A stretch of 64,000 nt of DNA from Lama glama (GCA_028534125.1 CM052818.1:44022001-44086000); one strand, 5' to 3'; counted from the stretch's first letter, positions 25,350-39,400 are shown. Program-made: numbers and translations. The notes: generated from the letters alone by a model not told the origin.

Positions 25350-25957
25350 CCCTAGTCCATGGTAGACTGGTTGAAAGTCCCATTTTTGATGCTCACTCTC
25401 TGGAAAAGGGACTCCCTGGTGAGGATCTAATACTCCAATCCCTAGAATTGCTACCAAAAAATCTATCCTAAATGCCAACTGCATGCTGAATTCAGAGGAA
25501 CTGGGACATCTGTCATGCCTTTTGAGCAGAAGAGGAGGGATGGCAAAATTGAGGATTTCTTCTTTTTTAGGCATTGGAGACTGGCTAGCTATTTACCAAA
25601 TCCACTTCCTTTTCCTCCTGAGCTCATAGCAAGGAGCCATTTCCAACTGAGCTCTGTATCCAACGGTGTTATGTATGCAGCTCCAACCTTGTCCACAGAA
25701 CTCTGCTACATATAACGTGCGATGATCTGTCTTTTCCAGCTTCGTTCAGATGGCTCTTGTAAATTGTTTTGAAAAATATGTATTGAAGATAGCAGAGCCA
25801 CAACGTGGAAGCCGACCAGGTTTCAGAAAGTCTTCCCTACTAATGGGAAACATAAATTTTGGGGTTTATGTGAGCAAAAAATAAACTTCTACCATGTTGC
25901 TGCCTTAATACATTTTTTGTTTGTTTGTTACAAGTAGTGCTTCTCCAATAAATACAC
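25350..25957 (+). mobile_element. Old MaLR LTR (MLT1J/K-like); 3' part best supported
   Basis: gaagatagcagagccacaacgtggaag...tttatgtgagcaaaaaataaacttctaccatgtt...gtttgttaca...aaataca is a typical MLT1 3' end. Confidence 0.6.
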
Positions 25958-28009
25958 TGTCAACACAACGGCTTAAATGAGTCTCTTCATGGATCCTAGA
26001 TCACTTCTTATGATTGTTGTTCAAATCCAGGCCATTCGTTGGTGTGAAAAGCTGTGTAAATGCCTTCAACATCTGAAGTCCAGAACTTGGATTGCTTCTT
26101 TTAGGTTCCACTAATAATCCGACACCGTTTTTTTCTTTTGAATGATTTTATAAGCCCTACTGCATGAAGGAAAGGGAAGAGGTCTCTAAAGTTATCGAGG
26201 CCTTTCCATCTTCCCAGGAACCCTATAAAGTCATCATTTAAATATAAGACAGTCCGATGAAATGACATGATGCTTTCCATGAACTGACAAAAACCAATGA
26301 GAACAGAATTTTATACAATATTTGCAAGCAAATGAATACTTGCCAGAGTCAGAACAATGCATTTGAATGGAATTAGTGCACTGATCCAGCATCTCATTTT
26401 CTTTCAGTTTTTCATTGCTTCTCCCTGGCAAGTTCAGCCAAAGTACTCTTCTTTTTATAAGTAACAAGTCTGGCTTTTAAAAATGTGTATTTCTAGCTTG
26501 ACATAGCGTGACTTTTTCTTTCATTTGTCGTGCATAAATGTAGCAGTTTATTTTCTTTGGAAAGGCTATATGAATCTGGGGTTTTTTGCATGTGCTGGTG
26601 GTGTGCGTGCACATGAAAGCTCAGACGCGGATCTGCGGTGGGAAGAATTCCGCGAGCCCGATGCCTTCCCCATGAGAGCAGAGAGTGGTTGATGGGAGTT
26701 GATGAGGTGTGTATTTTCCTCCGGGTTACCGACCACCAAAAGATGCCGGGAGAAGAGAGCCAGCGAATTGGTGGGTGTTGAGCTGTTGGATATTCTGGAT
26801 GCAGGGTTTTTTGGTTTTTTTTTTTTAATTTACAGTTTAATAAAACCCAGCTGACACCAAGTCTTTTTTTGTAAATCATGTTTATGAGATATGAGTCAGT
26901 GATGACATATCCTTAAGCGATTCCAGTGAAAGGAAAGCCTTTCGGGCAGGCGGCCATGGGTTTTGTGGGAAGCTTAATCAAGCATGTTGCTGTAGCCTGT
27001 GGGGTGGGTTTTTCCTTCATTTTAGTGAGACCAGGAAATCTTCAGAGGAAGTTCCAAGACAGATTTTTTTTCTTCCCTGTTGGAAGGCGAAGTCAGAGAC
27101 CGATTCTGTTTGTCCGTCATCACGCCGACCCTCCAAGCTGTCAAAGCAAAGACTTGGCTGTGAATGATCACCTTGAGGGTGAGGTACGCTCAGCAGTCAG
27201 TGGGTCTGTGTCAGTGTTTTTGCTTTTTTAATCTGTAACATTTGGAAGTCTAGTGTGGTCTTGTGTCATCAAGGAAGATGCTTTTGCAAAAACCCAAAGA
27301 CACTTTCCTTATACAGCCATCTAATTGCTGCCATGTGTATTTGCCCTCATTAGCCTTCTCTCTCTCCTGTGCCATCAAAGATGATCTCATGGTCCTTTAA
27401 CCACTTTATTGTTTTATTAAATATTGTATTGGAAATATTTACACAGTTATGAAGCTAAGGAGATAGTAAACTGTCCTCATATACATCAACTGAGCATTTC
27501 ACAGGAGGAAAAGTAGTGTAGGTATTCACCTTAAGGAAGAGAATACACTGTCTAAATATTGAAACCTTTTATCTTAGTTTTTTTTTTTAAAAAATCTCCT
27601 AATTCCCTTAGAAACTGGAAACAAAGTCAGTTTTCTCTTTGCACCTGAAACTATGGAGTGACCAACACAACAATCAATGGATGTTCAAATAAGTTTTTTT
27701 TTTTTAATAAAAATGTATCTTTGTACTGTAGGGTTCAGCTTGACTCAACTGCAAAAAAATTTTTGTCTTGATTAGATCCTATATGGCATCACTAACAGTC
27801 TAACCTGCACGGGAGCAGTACGATTCAAACATATCATCAATAACGTGGCTAGAACCCAGGTTTTAAGCAGGTGAAGCTACTTTCAGGAAAGTTCTTTCCA
27901 AGTAGAATACTTATAAAAGGGTTTAAAATCTGTATTTAGTGAATTTTATTATTCAGAAGGCTGGCTTCCCCCAATTCAGTTATATAAAAAAAGCAACTAT
28001 AAATAGAGG

Positions 28010-28160
28010 GGTTTAAGAGAGAGAGGGATAGAAAAATAGAAGAGGATGAACATAGAGAAGAGGACGAAAAGTAAGAGGAGAAGGAGAGGGAGGGAGAATG
28101 GAAGGGAGGAAGAAAATAAGGAGGAGGAAGAAGAGGAGGAGACAGAGAGAAGGAGAGAAA
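28010..28160. repeat. GA-rich polypurine low-complexity tract
   Basis: Directly visible. Confidence 0.9.
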
Positions 28161-28349
28161 GATGTGCTTCTGACAGGGGCATCTGCTGTAATGTCACCTT
28201 TGCATTTTATGTCATAGGAAAGCCCAGGAGCTCGTCTTGACCTGGTGCCATATTGACCCACCCCAAGGCATAATCACAACGTATTAAGACACTGGGACAC
28301 ATCACTGGAGATGAACGCTGCTACTTTCTGTATTAACTCCCTCCACCAT

Positions 28350-28770
28350 GTACATCAAGTGCATCCTACTCGGCTCTGAGCATAACAGTGAGAAAACAGG
28401 ACTGACAAATAGGAGTTTATCCAAAGGAGAGCAACTAGCATGTATACGAAGTATCATAAGGCCAGAAAACCGCTTCAAATGAGTTAACAGTGTTGAAAGA
28501 AAATTCATTTAGCTGAAGAAAGTAAACTCAGTGGGGACTCTAATTCCTTTTCCTCTGTAGCACCCAGAGAAAGACCATTTTGACTCACTCTGGGTAGCTT
28601 CATTAGGCAGACAATTAAGAGAAGGAGATTTCAGCCAAATAGGATAATCAATAATCAGAGCAAATGATCTGTCTTGTAAGTTCGTTATCACTGGAAGTGA
28701 TCAACAAGAGATGCTTGATAACCCTGACAAGGAAACTACAGGTGAAATTTGCAATGGGTGCGTGTGATCA
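28350..28770 (+). mobile_element. L3/CR1 LINE RT-region fragment
   Basis: gacaaataggagtttatccaaaggagagcaactagcatg...catttagctgaagaaagtaaactcagtgggga aligns with recalled CR1/L3 gacaaactggagagcgtccagaggagggcgaccaggatg...tttagcctggagaagagaagactgagggg. Confidence 0.6.
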
Positions 28771-29125
28771 GGTAATTTTTGTTTCCTTTCCCCTTTAGCC
28801 TTCTATGGCTTTATGAACAATCTTTTTTTTTTTAAGACGACCTTATTGAATTGATGGAAAAGGCTTCAAGGTCTATACTTTAGGCCAAGAAAGGCCCATT
28901 AATAGATTTACTGACATGTGGTATTTGCATGATAGAAGAAGAAGAATAAAAATAAGAATTCTCTATTCTCATTAGCTCCTAATAATGACCATGCCCAAGT
29001 TTCTTTGTGTAACCAGCTAAACTATCCTGAGCATTTACTTCTCCACAGAGATGTCTTATTAAAAGAAGACTGACTACCATCTAGATAGAAAAATATTATT
29101 TTCTACATCTCGTCTAAAATGCTAT

Positions 29126-29272
29126 GTGTACAGTACATGGAATACAATCACTACTTTGTAATAACTTTGTATGGTGTGTAATCTATAAAAATATCAAATC
29201 ACTATGCTATACTCCCAAAACATATAGTACTATGCTTCGACTATACTTTAATGAATTAAATAAGTAGATAAA
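29126..29272 (+). mobile_element. 5'-truncated L1 3' end (cetartiodactyl-type) with decayed TSD
   Basis: tttgtaataactttgtatgg...aaaatatcaaatcactatgctatac...actatacttt plus an A-rich tail. TSD taaaatgctat (29115-29125) / taaagcactat (29273-29283). Confidence 0.8.
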
Positions 29273-29749
29273 TAAAGCACTATAGCCAACTCACACATAC
29301 ATTTCTCACTTAAATTTTACAAACAAAAAAAAGCATATCTAGTAGTTACCATCTCTTTTTTACAAATGAAAAAGTGATTCCCAAAGGAATTGGGGCTTGT
29401 CTTCCTATAGGTATTTTGATATAGAAAATACTTTGGAGTGGTATATAACAAATATTTTGGAGAAAGGAAGATTTTCCTGTGTTTGATAATGTTGATTCAT
29501 CAAATCTATTGCTTACCTACTCTGTATCACTGGCTCAGTAGATTCTGTGGGGAATTTGTAACTTTGTAGCTGGTCTAACGGCAAGAAAATGGCTGGAAAA
29601 GTAAGATTAAGACAACAATGCTGCATGGGCATGACAGAAAAGGTTCCTCTTTACCCAGACTCCTTTTGCCTTCCTCCTCAGAAAATCATCTGTAATAAAT
29701 CGAAGTCTCATTTTTGAATTTTGAAAATGCTTGAACATCAAACTATGAA

Positions 29750-29990
29750 ATACTTCAAGATAAATCCAGAGAAAGATGTGTAAGCCTTGAATACTGAGAA
29801 CTATAAAACACCGCTGAGAAAAATTAAAGATTTAAAGAAATGGAGCAGCTCACCATGTTCATTGATGGGAAGCCTCAATATTTTGGTGTGAAGTATATTC
29901 AACCAAATTGATCTGTATCCTCTGCACAGTCTGGGTAAAAATCAAGTCAGGCTTTTTCCTAGACATTGACAACCTAACTGTAAGACTCAC
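29750..29990 (+). mobile_element. Old L1 ORF2 fragment
   Basis: aaagatgtgtaagcc...gagaactataaaacaccgctgagaaaaattaaaga...aaatggag...ccatgttcattgatgggaagcctcaatatt. Confidence 0.75.
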
Positions 29991-30753
29991 GGAGGCACTG
30001 AAACCACCTGGGGGGTCAGAGGTGATGGCAGGGCTGCAGGTGTTGAATTCAGCCCTTTCTTCTCAGCCGTGTGTTTCCAAACCCGGTATAGTGTGTGCCT
30101 CCCCACAAGTGATCAGTAAGTGTTCAATGAATGAGTCCATGTTTTTGTTTTTGTTTTTTTCCAAGAGGTTAGATTAGATGGCTAACAACTGGACTCAGGT
30201 ACCATCCATCCTCTGACGGCTTGAAAGTTAGTCATGAATACGCAGTAGAAATACATGGGGACATTTTCGTCAGGACGGCTGTGTCCAACATTCACAAGAT
30301 GCAAAGCATGTCACTGGTGATGGGAGGAAGTGACATCTAATGCTTCTTCTAGAAACAATGGAGTGCTCACATATTAAGCAGTGGAGAGAGGGAACGTACA
30401 GGCAGCAAAATGCTGAAGGCAGAGTTTGGGTCACAACCTGAGTTTTCAGTGTCCTGATGAACTCAGTATCGTTGATCAATGAGTGCATCCCCAGGCCAGG
30501 CCCCAGGAAGAACCCGTTTCAGACATCCTTATTCGTCGTCTCAACTTGGGCCTCTCATCTAGAGCCCATTCTTGGCTCCTACACGTATCTCTTTTAGATC
30601 TTACTATATATAGCACTGGCTCTCTTCTCACCTTTTTTAGTTTAATTTCCTGGAAATGAATTGAGAAAAGAACCTGTATATAATTATCTAGTGGGTTTTA
30701 AAAAGTTTTCCCTTTTGATTTCTGTTTTGTATGAAGATTGCATCCATTATCTG

Positions 30754-30930
30754 GTATTAGGGGCTGAATTGTGTTCCTCCAAAATTTAAATGTTGAAATC
30801 CTAACCCCCAATATCTCAGAATGGACTATATTTGGAGATGAGGCCTTTAAAGAGATAATTAAAGTAAAATGGGGTCATATGAGTTGGTCTCTAATTCAAT
30901 GAGTGGTGTCTTTGTAAGAAGTGGAGATTT
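30754..30930 (+). mobile_element. MaLR LTR 5' fragment (MLT1A/B-like)
   Basis: ggggctgaattgtgttcctccaaaatttaaatgttgaaatcctaacccccaat...atttggagatgaggcctttaaagag. Confidence 0.85.
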
Positions 30931-30934
30931 CGTG

Positions 30935-33900
30935 GATCAAGTTCTGAATAACCTTATTAACCAACTCCAAAATAGTTTGGCTTACTTTTGGTAGCTTTTC
31001 CCTTCCATGTACAGTTAAATTCAGCTTTGCCAGATTTATGATATATACTTTGGATATTTTTACTTGTCTTTAATTTGTTACTTTAGAAATAATTGGCACT
31101 TTTCCCTTGAGAATGCTTACACGAAATTTTTTAAGTTCTTTATTAAATTTTCTTTACTGGCTGTAAATAAAGTTATATAGTTTTTTTTTTCCCCCAAAGT
31201 CTCATGAACAGTGATTATTTAGATTCATTCCTTGGTAACATACCTTTTTCTTGGTATAGTGTTATAACTGGTATCATTTTAAATTTTAAGTTTCCATTGT
31301 ATTCTGATGATATATAAGAAAATTATTTTTGACCTCTAACCTATTCAAATTGCTGAACTCTCTTATAATTTTACTTAGGTTTCTTTAGGTAGATAATCAC
31401 AGCAACTATAAAAAAAATTATAATGGTTTTGCTCTTCATTTGCAGTCCAGATGCATTCTGTTTATTTTTCTTCGTTTGTTGCAACATCTAGGGCTGCCCT
31501 GTCCAATGGAAACAAATAAAAGCCACATGTTTAAACTTACATTTTTTAGTAGCCATACAAAAAAGTAATAAACAAGTTAAATTGAATTTAATAATATATT
31601 TAGACATTACATCTTGAATATTGCCACTTCAACATTTAATCAAGAGAAAATGACAGGAGAGATATTTCATACCAAGTCTTTGAAATCTAGTGTGCATGTT
31701 ACTTGTGTCCATTGGACCCATTCCATTGCTAGTGTCAATAGTCACGTGTGACTTGTGGCTACAGTACTGACAGCACAGCGTAAGACCTCCAGTGTAATAT
31801 CAGGCAGAAGAGGTCACATTGAACTTCCTCTTCCCTTCTCTGATTGTAAAGGGAATATTTGGGAAAAAAAATTCCTAGCATTAAGTGCAGTATTTGTAGT
31901 ATATCTTTGGTTCAAAGGTTTAATCAAGATTAAAGAAGTTGCTTCTATCTTAGCTTCAGATTTTTAAGATCATGAATAAATTTTAAATTTTATTGACGAT
32001 TATTCTCCAACTAGTGAGATGAACATATGTTTTAGAACTAATTTATTCATATGACTCATCCCATTAATAAACGTCTAATATTAATACATCCTTGCTTTCT
32101 TAGGCTAAACCCAACCTGCACATGAATTTTTTCTTAATCTACAACCGCGTCTGGTTTTCTATTCATATTATTTAGAAGTCTTTGTTTTAACATTAAAGAG
32201 AGAGATTAAGCTTGAGTTTTCCTTTGTTATGCAATTCTTCTCTGGTCTTACTGTCAAGATAATAAGATGATTTGGGCATAATTACCTAATTTTCTGTTCT
32301 GTGGATCAAAGTGAGTAATATTGGAAATGATCTTTTGTGGAACTAATCCTGAAATCAGAATGGACCTCATGGAAGTAGATTCCAACAACTGCACTTATAA
32401 TTACATCTTGGATTTAATTTGTATTTTGCTAGTGTCAAAATTTAAATAATCATCTGAAATAGTAATCAACACACATTCAGAAGACTTGGATATTTTAAAA
32501 CATCTTTATTTCACTTTTCTTTAAGCAATTTTTTTGATAGACTTCTAAAACTTTCCCTGTTTGTGTAAGTTCTGGTTGATAATTTTCGAAAAAACTTTGT
32601 TATCAAAGTAACTTGCAAACGGTTCATTCATTCTATGTACTATGACTGATCATACGTCTTTAGTTGTGTACCCCTTTTCATGCTGAAAACTGTTTATTTG
32701 TGCCTTACCTTTTATTTACCCACATGCCCAACAAGCTTTTCTGCTCTTAGCACTTTCAGAGACACAATTTTTGTCATTACGATTCCTTTCTATTGTATCT
32801 TTTAACTGCTCTATGTGAGTTTCTATTTCAATATTTGGTTTCTCCTTTCTCATACATTCTTTCCATTAATTCATATTTTTTTCTTGCTTTTTAATAAACA
32901 CAGCTCATAAATATTTCAACCTTTCTCTCCTCCTTTTGTTTTACTAATATGTTTATTTGAGGCCGCTACACTCCCTGGATTACACTGCTTTATCTGGATC
33001 TCATAGGTTTTGATAAGTGGTACTTTATATGTTATAGATTCATATATTTTAAAATTTCCAACACGGTGATTTATCTGATCTACAAATTTAACATGTATTC
33101 TCCTTAGGGTTTTGGTGGGGGTTTGGGGTTTTTGTTTTTTGGTTTTTGTTTGTTTGTTTGTTTTTTGTCAACAGCTAGTGCTATCCTGCTCTGACTCTTG
33201 CAAGACTTTTTTTTTTTAATGAAGGATTGTTTCGTTTGTCTTTAATCTGCATTTGTCTGATTGCTGAAAGTTTTGACCGTCTCTTCCTATGTTCATCAGC
33301 CTTCAGTTTTTTCTCTTCTGTAAACGGCCAGGAGCTGTTGCACTGACTTCTTTGCCCCAACACTCTTTCTTATATCCAAGTATTCCTCTTTCTTGGATTG
33401 AATTTATATTTCGCTGGAGTCCAAATTTGAATAAAACTTTCAGAGCTAGCCCGTGAGCACTTTATAGTTTGAGGCCTTTGTTATATAAAACATTTTTACT
33501 TTGCTTTTACATGTGAATGATGGGTGGATTTATTGGGAATCAAATTCAAAATTCTTCATTACTTTTCTCAAAATTAAACACAAATCTCCATCACCGTTAT
33601 CCACCTGGATGGCCAATGATAACTTCCTAGGAAAACCTTGTTTTCTTGATTGTAATCTGAATTTTCTCTGTAGTTCTTAGACATTTTTTGAAAACATGTC
33701 ATGCCAGGACTAACTGATGTCAGCATCATTTCGTCTTCTCTGTCATTTCCTTGTTTCTTTCATTCTGAAGACTTGAATTTTTTTCCTCTTGCTTTGACTA
33801 GTTCTTCTACTATATTTTATATATGTGAAATGCTTATTAAAAAGATGCTGGAATTTCTGGATCTCTACTTTCTGTTTCTAACCTTTTTCTATACGACTTC

Positions 33901-34390
33901 ATACCTCTCAGTCCTTCTGGGCTGCACTCTGGAGAAATTCCGTGGCTCAAACGCCCAGTTTGTTCATTTTTTCTTGAGGACTCTCCTGTCTACCATCCAG
34001 CCCCAGCACCTTTGGCTTAAACATCACACTTTTAATGCCCATGATCTCAAAAACTCTCTTTCTTAAGTAATTTTGTTTTTGTTTATCTGAAACTGTTAAT
34101 GATTGCAATTCTCTGTCTCTCTTTTCCGACATTCATTCTCATTTCTTTAGGTGTAACATGTTTGTTTTGAGTTTTGTGTCCCTCTTTTATTAGCTTATTT
34201 TCCTAAAATATTAGTTTATTCTTACTTCTCTATTCACAGTATTTGAGAATCTCTATTTGACTGTAAATATCAGTATTTCAAGATTTTTTTTTTGTTTAAA
34301 AATCATGGTGCTCTTCCTTGCTTTTTAGGGCTGCTATTATTTTATTAATTTTTACATGTTTCTATACTTTTTTTTTCTGTAATCTCTAGG
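30935..34390 (-). mobile_element. Highly decayed ancient L1 (L1M/L1ME-like), interrupted by a MER33-like element
   Basis: Long T-rich tract with reverse-L1 ORF2 hallmarks (ttgctgaactctcttataa; tttaggtagataatcaca; aagacctccagtgtaat; tctcataggttttgataagtggta). Confidence 0.65.
31491..31779. mobile_element. hAT-Charlie MITE (MER33-like)
   Basis: ctgtccaatggaa...tagtagccatacaaaaaagta...aagtctttgaaatctagtgtg...tcaatagtcacgtgtgacttgtggctacagtactgacagcacag. Confidence 0.8.
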
Positions 34391-36758
34391 GATCTGGGAC
34401 AAAAGGCAAGTAGTATGCGTACTTGAACCAACAGGTTGATTCCGTCTCCTCTCCCGTGTCTTCCAACTGAGGAAGTTTTAGTTTAAAACTCATAGCACGA
34501 GTTTCAGACAGTGTTTTTATTCTTTTTCTAGAGTTGAGTTATGAGAACAAAGACCAATTTCTGTTTAGATATGAGGGGCTGAGCCATCTAGTAAATCCAT
34601 GCAAGAACTGTTATTCTGAAAAACATATCTTGCAGGCTGGAGGGGTTTCAGAGAGAGACTAGGGTGGTCTACCAGATTGGAGACATGTAATCCTACTATC
34701 GGGCTAGCTTCACTTAAAATGTACCATTCATGACAATCTAGGTGTCTCTCTCTCCAACTTTCAATACCCTCACATCTCATAGCATGTTACCTACATGACA
34801 GAGACCTCTGAAAGGTTTACAGGAACAACTAGCCTTCCTAAATTAATCATTTAAAATTCTAATTTAATTCTGGAGTTCCTGAAAAGACAAATCATGCTTC
34901 GATTGTAAACACAAAAATTATAGCGGGACTAGGGAAGAATCATTCAGAAAGAAGTCCACGTAATCAGTGTATATGTGCCACACAATTACAAACTGGGGCC
35001 CTCAAGTAGTAAGAGACGTAGCATCCCATTGGAAAGTTACCAAGTCATAACCTGAGGATTTCTTATTCTGAGACATCCTTTGATAAGATAATTGAACAGT
35101 TCAGGCTACAACTGATGGTCTGTAAGAACGTGTAGCGGGGCGTGAGGCACGCACAGAGCAGGGTGCCAGCTCATAGACGGTCTCAATGCCAGGTTACCAG
35201 GCCAGGGCTTTTGCACTTCAATGTATCAGCAATGAGAAAGCGTTGAACACATCTGACATAGCAAATAAGTCTGCCCATGATTTGACTGTGCCCGAGGAAG
35301 ATAATTCTGGTATCTCATGTCAGGCAGATGTGCACAGGGGCTGAGGGGGCAGGGAAGAGGACGTTGTAAGTAACACAATGAAAGAATTGAGGAGATGGAG
35401 GAGTCAAGCTATAACCTTCTCTGGGAGATCGTTGTCTGTTTTGAAATGGTTTGCAGACAGTCCTCAACCACACCTACAAGTGCTAACCAGTGGTAGAATC
35501 ATATCCTACGTGATCGAAGTGAACATCATTACAAGTACCATACTGGTTGTTATAATTTATGTTTTATTTTATCCAAAGGAGTTACCTCCTTTGCGATTTG
35601 AACTAGTTTCTCTAATTATATTGTGGGCTCAGACCATCACAGCGGTGAGTGAAATCAGGGAACTTCAAGGTTACGAGCAGGGAGGAGCTTATTCACAGCT
35701 TCCTGGACCATCGTGACCATCAGTTGAGAGAAGCTGTATATGTGGTCCCCACGGTACTAGAACTCAAACTAACCGAGTTATGAACTTTCAGTTTAAGAGA
35801 GAGAACCAACAGGATGGAAAAGACACACAAACACGAGCACAGACACATACAGGCACAGAGGCTTATGGATGTAAAACAGTAAAAATAAAAATTCAGACGA
35901 ACTTTTTCTACGTCTCTTAAAAGCAATGAAGAGTGGTAGAAAGAGCATAGAATTTTGTCTCCACTACAACTGAATTCCATCCTGACTGTGTGACACTAGG
36001 CAAGTGACTTAATGAGCCTCAGTTTATCTATCACTATGTAAGTCTGCTGTGCTATTTTTTGGAAAGAAAAGTTCTTCACAGCAAAGACGTGGGGTTCCTC
36101 CAGGAGCCCTGTGATGTGCTAGGCATTCTGTTCATCACAGACTTTCCAGCAAACACCTTTAAGCCAACACATGGGAGGAGGGTGGGATCAGCCAGGGGAC
36201 AGTGAGCGCTTGGTGTCTTGGTGAAGTGAACAGGAGAGGCTCCTTGGCTGGATAAACTTGACCTCAGCTTGAAAAGTGTATCTTTGACCTGAAGCCCGTC
36301 ACTTGCTTTCTCTGATCCTCAGATCTTTTGTCTCTAAAAAGAATTACAGTAGGTAGATTATCAAGATTGAATACATTTATGACGTCTGCACATAGTAGGT
36401 ATTCAACTCTAGTCTCTCTTTGTCCAGACACCCCTGCAGCTGCTAGGAGCTTTCTCTTGTGGCCTCCTTTATGAGCCGGCTCTCACATTTGCCTTCGGCA
36501 CTTCGAGTGGGTTCTGATGTTATCTCATTCAGCAGAGATAGCTGCTGCGAGCTGACCTTCATCTGTAACTGTCAGTTTCCTCTGAACACTTATCCCTCAG
36601 AACATTACAGTCTATTGAAACCAAGCCGAACAAGAGAGGCACCACCCAGCCAGCCGCACGGGGTGTGATGCTTGATCGTATTTCTCGGTTTGGAGGTTAT
36701 TTGCTGACAACTTATGGAATTTAACTGAGGGGAGCATAAAGAAGGAAGAAAAAAAGAA

Positions 36759-36759
36759 A

Positions 36760-36786
<27 letters not shown>
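36759..36786. repeat. (AC)14 microsatellite
   Basis: Directly visible. Confidence 0.95.
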
Positions 36787-36790
<4 letters not shown>

Positions 36791-37379
36791 GCACACTGCA
36801 TTCCTCATCTGTTACAAGAGTACATCTTCTGGAGAAGAGACTGAATGCTCTGTCTCTGCGTCAATTAAAGCGTTTTCGGCACTCCTGAAGGATATCCCAC
36901 GCTTTGGTGATTAAACCCTTTCTAGTAAAAGTGATGGATTCCGTGAAACCTCAAGCCAGATTTTGGTACCACATCCCCATGCTGAAGGGCCCTGGAGAGC
37001 TCAGTTCTGATCACGAGTCCCCTCCATCACACACCCGTTGAGAAGAAACAACATTTTGAGCCTGTCTGCCTGCATGAATCTGATTGAGGTCAGATTTCAA
37101 ATCTTATTTCTGGTTTTCTTCTTTTAAGAAGCTGAGCTGTCCTGGTGCTGCCTCCTCTCTTTGGTGATTCATTTCAGCATCCCCAGCTGACTCTGAGGAC
37201 TAGCAGTTCACCCTCCATTTGAATCGAGGCTCTTCTAGTTGAAAATCTGGGCCAAATGCAGAAGCTTTGGACAGAGTTTTTTTTTTTTTTTCTTTTTTGT
37301 GGATCTGGACCACACACGCGCTCCCTGGCATTTGTTAACGTGATGCCACATTTCAGTGGTTAGAACAACAACAACGAAT

Positions 37380-38220
37380 GTTTCCATTTGTTTCAGTCGG
37401 CAAACTGTGATGCGGGCTTACTGGGTATCAGACCCTGTGCTAAGTTCTGTGGTAGCGGGAAGAAAACAGGTACAATGGTAACTATCTACATTCCTTGCCC
37501 TGCAGGAGTTTATATTTTAAGCCTTGTGACCAGTGCTGGAGATCCAATGGTGTCCCTACCCTCCTCGGAGCTTACAGCATAACGAGGACATAATGAGAGG
37601 CAATTAAATAAGCACATGTGACGAGTGCTCCAGTAGGGGAGGCGCTCTGGGACCATTACAGCAAGGTGTGGACATAATGTCAGGAGCCCGCAGAACGACA
37701 CCTGGAAGAGCTGACATTTAAGCTGAGACTCAAAATGCTAAGTCAGCAGGAAGCAAGCCAAAGGAAGAGGTCCAGCACAGTACAGGGAACAGTGTGTGAA
37801 GGACAGAGGGTGAGAGAGAGCTTGAGACAATTACAAAATGGAGAGGACAGATAAGCTGCACTTTAGGGAGGGAAAAAAATGACAGTACCATCTGAGACTA
37901 GAGAAATCAGCGGGCACCAGATCACGAAGATCCTTATGAACAGTGAAGACGCTTTTGATCAAGACGTCATTGCTATTAGGTTTTAGAAAGGCTTATCTGG
38001 CTACTGTGTGGAGAATGGATTGGAGGGAGGAGAAAGAGTGGTATGGATGTATGGTAGAGCGGGCAAGGGACACAAACGGCCAGAAGGAGCTGGTGGTTTT
38101 CAGGACACAAGAAAGTAAGTGGATTTGAAGACGAGTTAGGAGGTAGAGACAATAGGATTTTCTGATTCGCTACATGTAGAGGCTGAGGTCAAAGTGAATT
38201 GTGTAGGCATGATGCAAGTG
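37380..38220 (-). mobile_element. L2 LINE 3' region
   Basis: cagaccctgtgctaagttctg...tgacatttaagctgagact...ggcttatctggctactgtgtggagaatggattggaggg...aagtggatttgaagacgagttaggaggtagag. Confidence 0.8.
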
Positions 38221-39229
38221 GATGCTACTGTGAATTAAATGGAATGGAAACCAAGTGTTCTGGCGTCACCATGCGGTCTGGGGACAGCCTCAAACCAGGC
38301 CGTCTAGTAAGGTTGCCGTATTGTCTTGGAATAAGTGGTATTTCTCCTTTCCGACTGCTGGACAGAGCTGGCAGCAGTCGTCAGTTGAGCGTGACACCTC
38401 TGTAGGTGTTTACTGTCTCAGGAGGCCATCCGTATAGACGTAATTGTCCCTGGGATTTGGCCCAGGGACACTGAAACCAACTTCTGAGTTTGTCCTCAGC
38501 GCTGTGGGTCCAGGATGATCACAGCCCTACTACAGAAATACCCCGAGCAGAGCTGACCATGGGCACAGCTCAGATTTGCACAACTTGAAATGCCTTTGGG
38601 GGAAGGGCTTAGCACTTTGATAGCCAGGACTTGAGGGCCTGAACCCCACTTCTAGCTCTTGCTAATCCATGGATTTTACCATCTTGGTCAAAGATTTGCC
38701 CTTCCTAGATTTATTTGCCCCTTTTGAAACTGAGGGGTTTGATTAAATAACATCGCAGCACCTCTGCCAATCGGATTGCCTTTGTTTTTATTTGATAATT
38801 AACAGACAACAGGAAGATCTTGTTTATTACCACAGGTCTGACTCTGAAGGTTGAATCTGTGTACTTAGCTGTATTGGAGGCTTAGTGAATGTGTACACAG
38901 AGATGCTCTAGAAAGCCAACTGAGTGGTAGGCAAAGGATAGAGTCTGTTGAACAATTGACCATCAGTAGTCATGATTTCAAAGCTTAGGGACAAACGCTG
39001 GAGGAAATGAAATCTTCATGGATGAAGTAGCATCTCTGTTGGTTTGTTTGCTTGCTATAAGGAGTAATCACGTCTTTCAAACCAAAATTTGGGACATCAT
39101 ATCACATTATTCAATAATGAGGCAAACATTTGCTCTTTGGACTATTCTTCAAGCATCTGGAATATATTATTTATACTTTCAGAGTTGTTAGCATTGTAAT
39201 AAGAACCTACTCTGGGCCATTCAGTCTTC

Positions 39230-39400
39230 TAAATATTTGAACAGTTTTATTTAATCTATAGGGCAAACACTATTTTCAGTACACAGTTGAGGAAATTGAG
39301 ACTCACAGGGGTGCTATGACCTGCCTGAGGTCTCACAGTCACTTCATACCAGAACTGCTCTTTGAAGACGGTCCCTTTGAGACCAAAGCCCACCATGTTT
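39230..39400 (-). mobile_element. MIR SINE
   Basis: acagttgaggaaattgagactcacagggg...tgacctgcctgaggtctcacag...ccaaagccca. Confidence 0.75.

Noticed and set aside
38445..38470. 10-bp perfect hairpin tgtccctggg-atttgg-cccagggaca
   Set aside because: Too short for a miRNA precursor; plausible by chance or as a MITE remnant.
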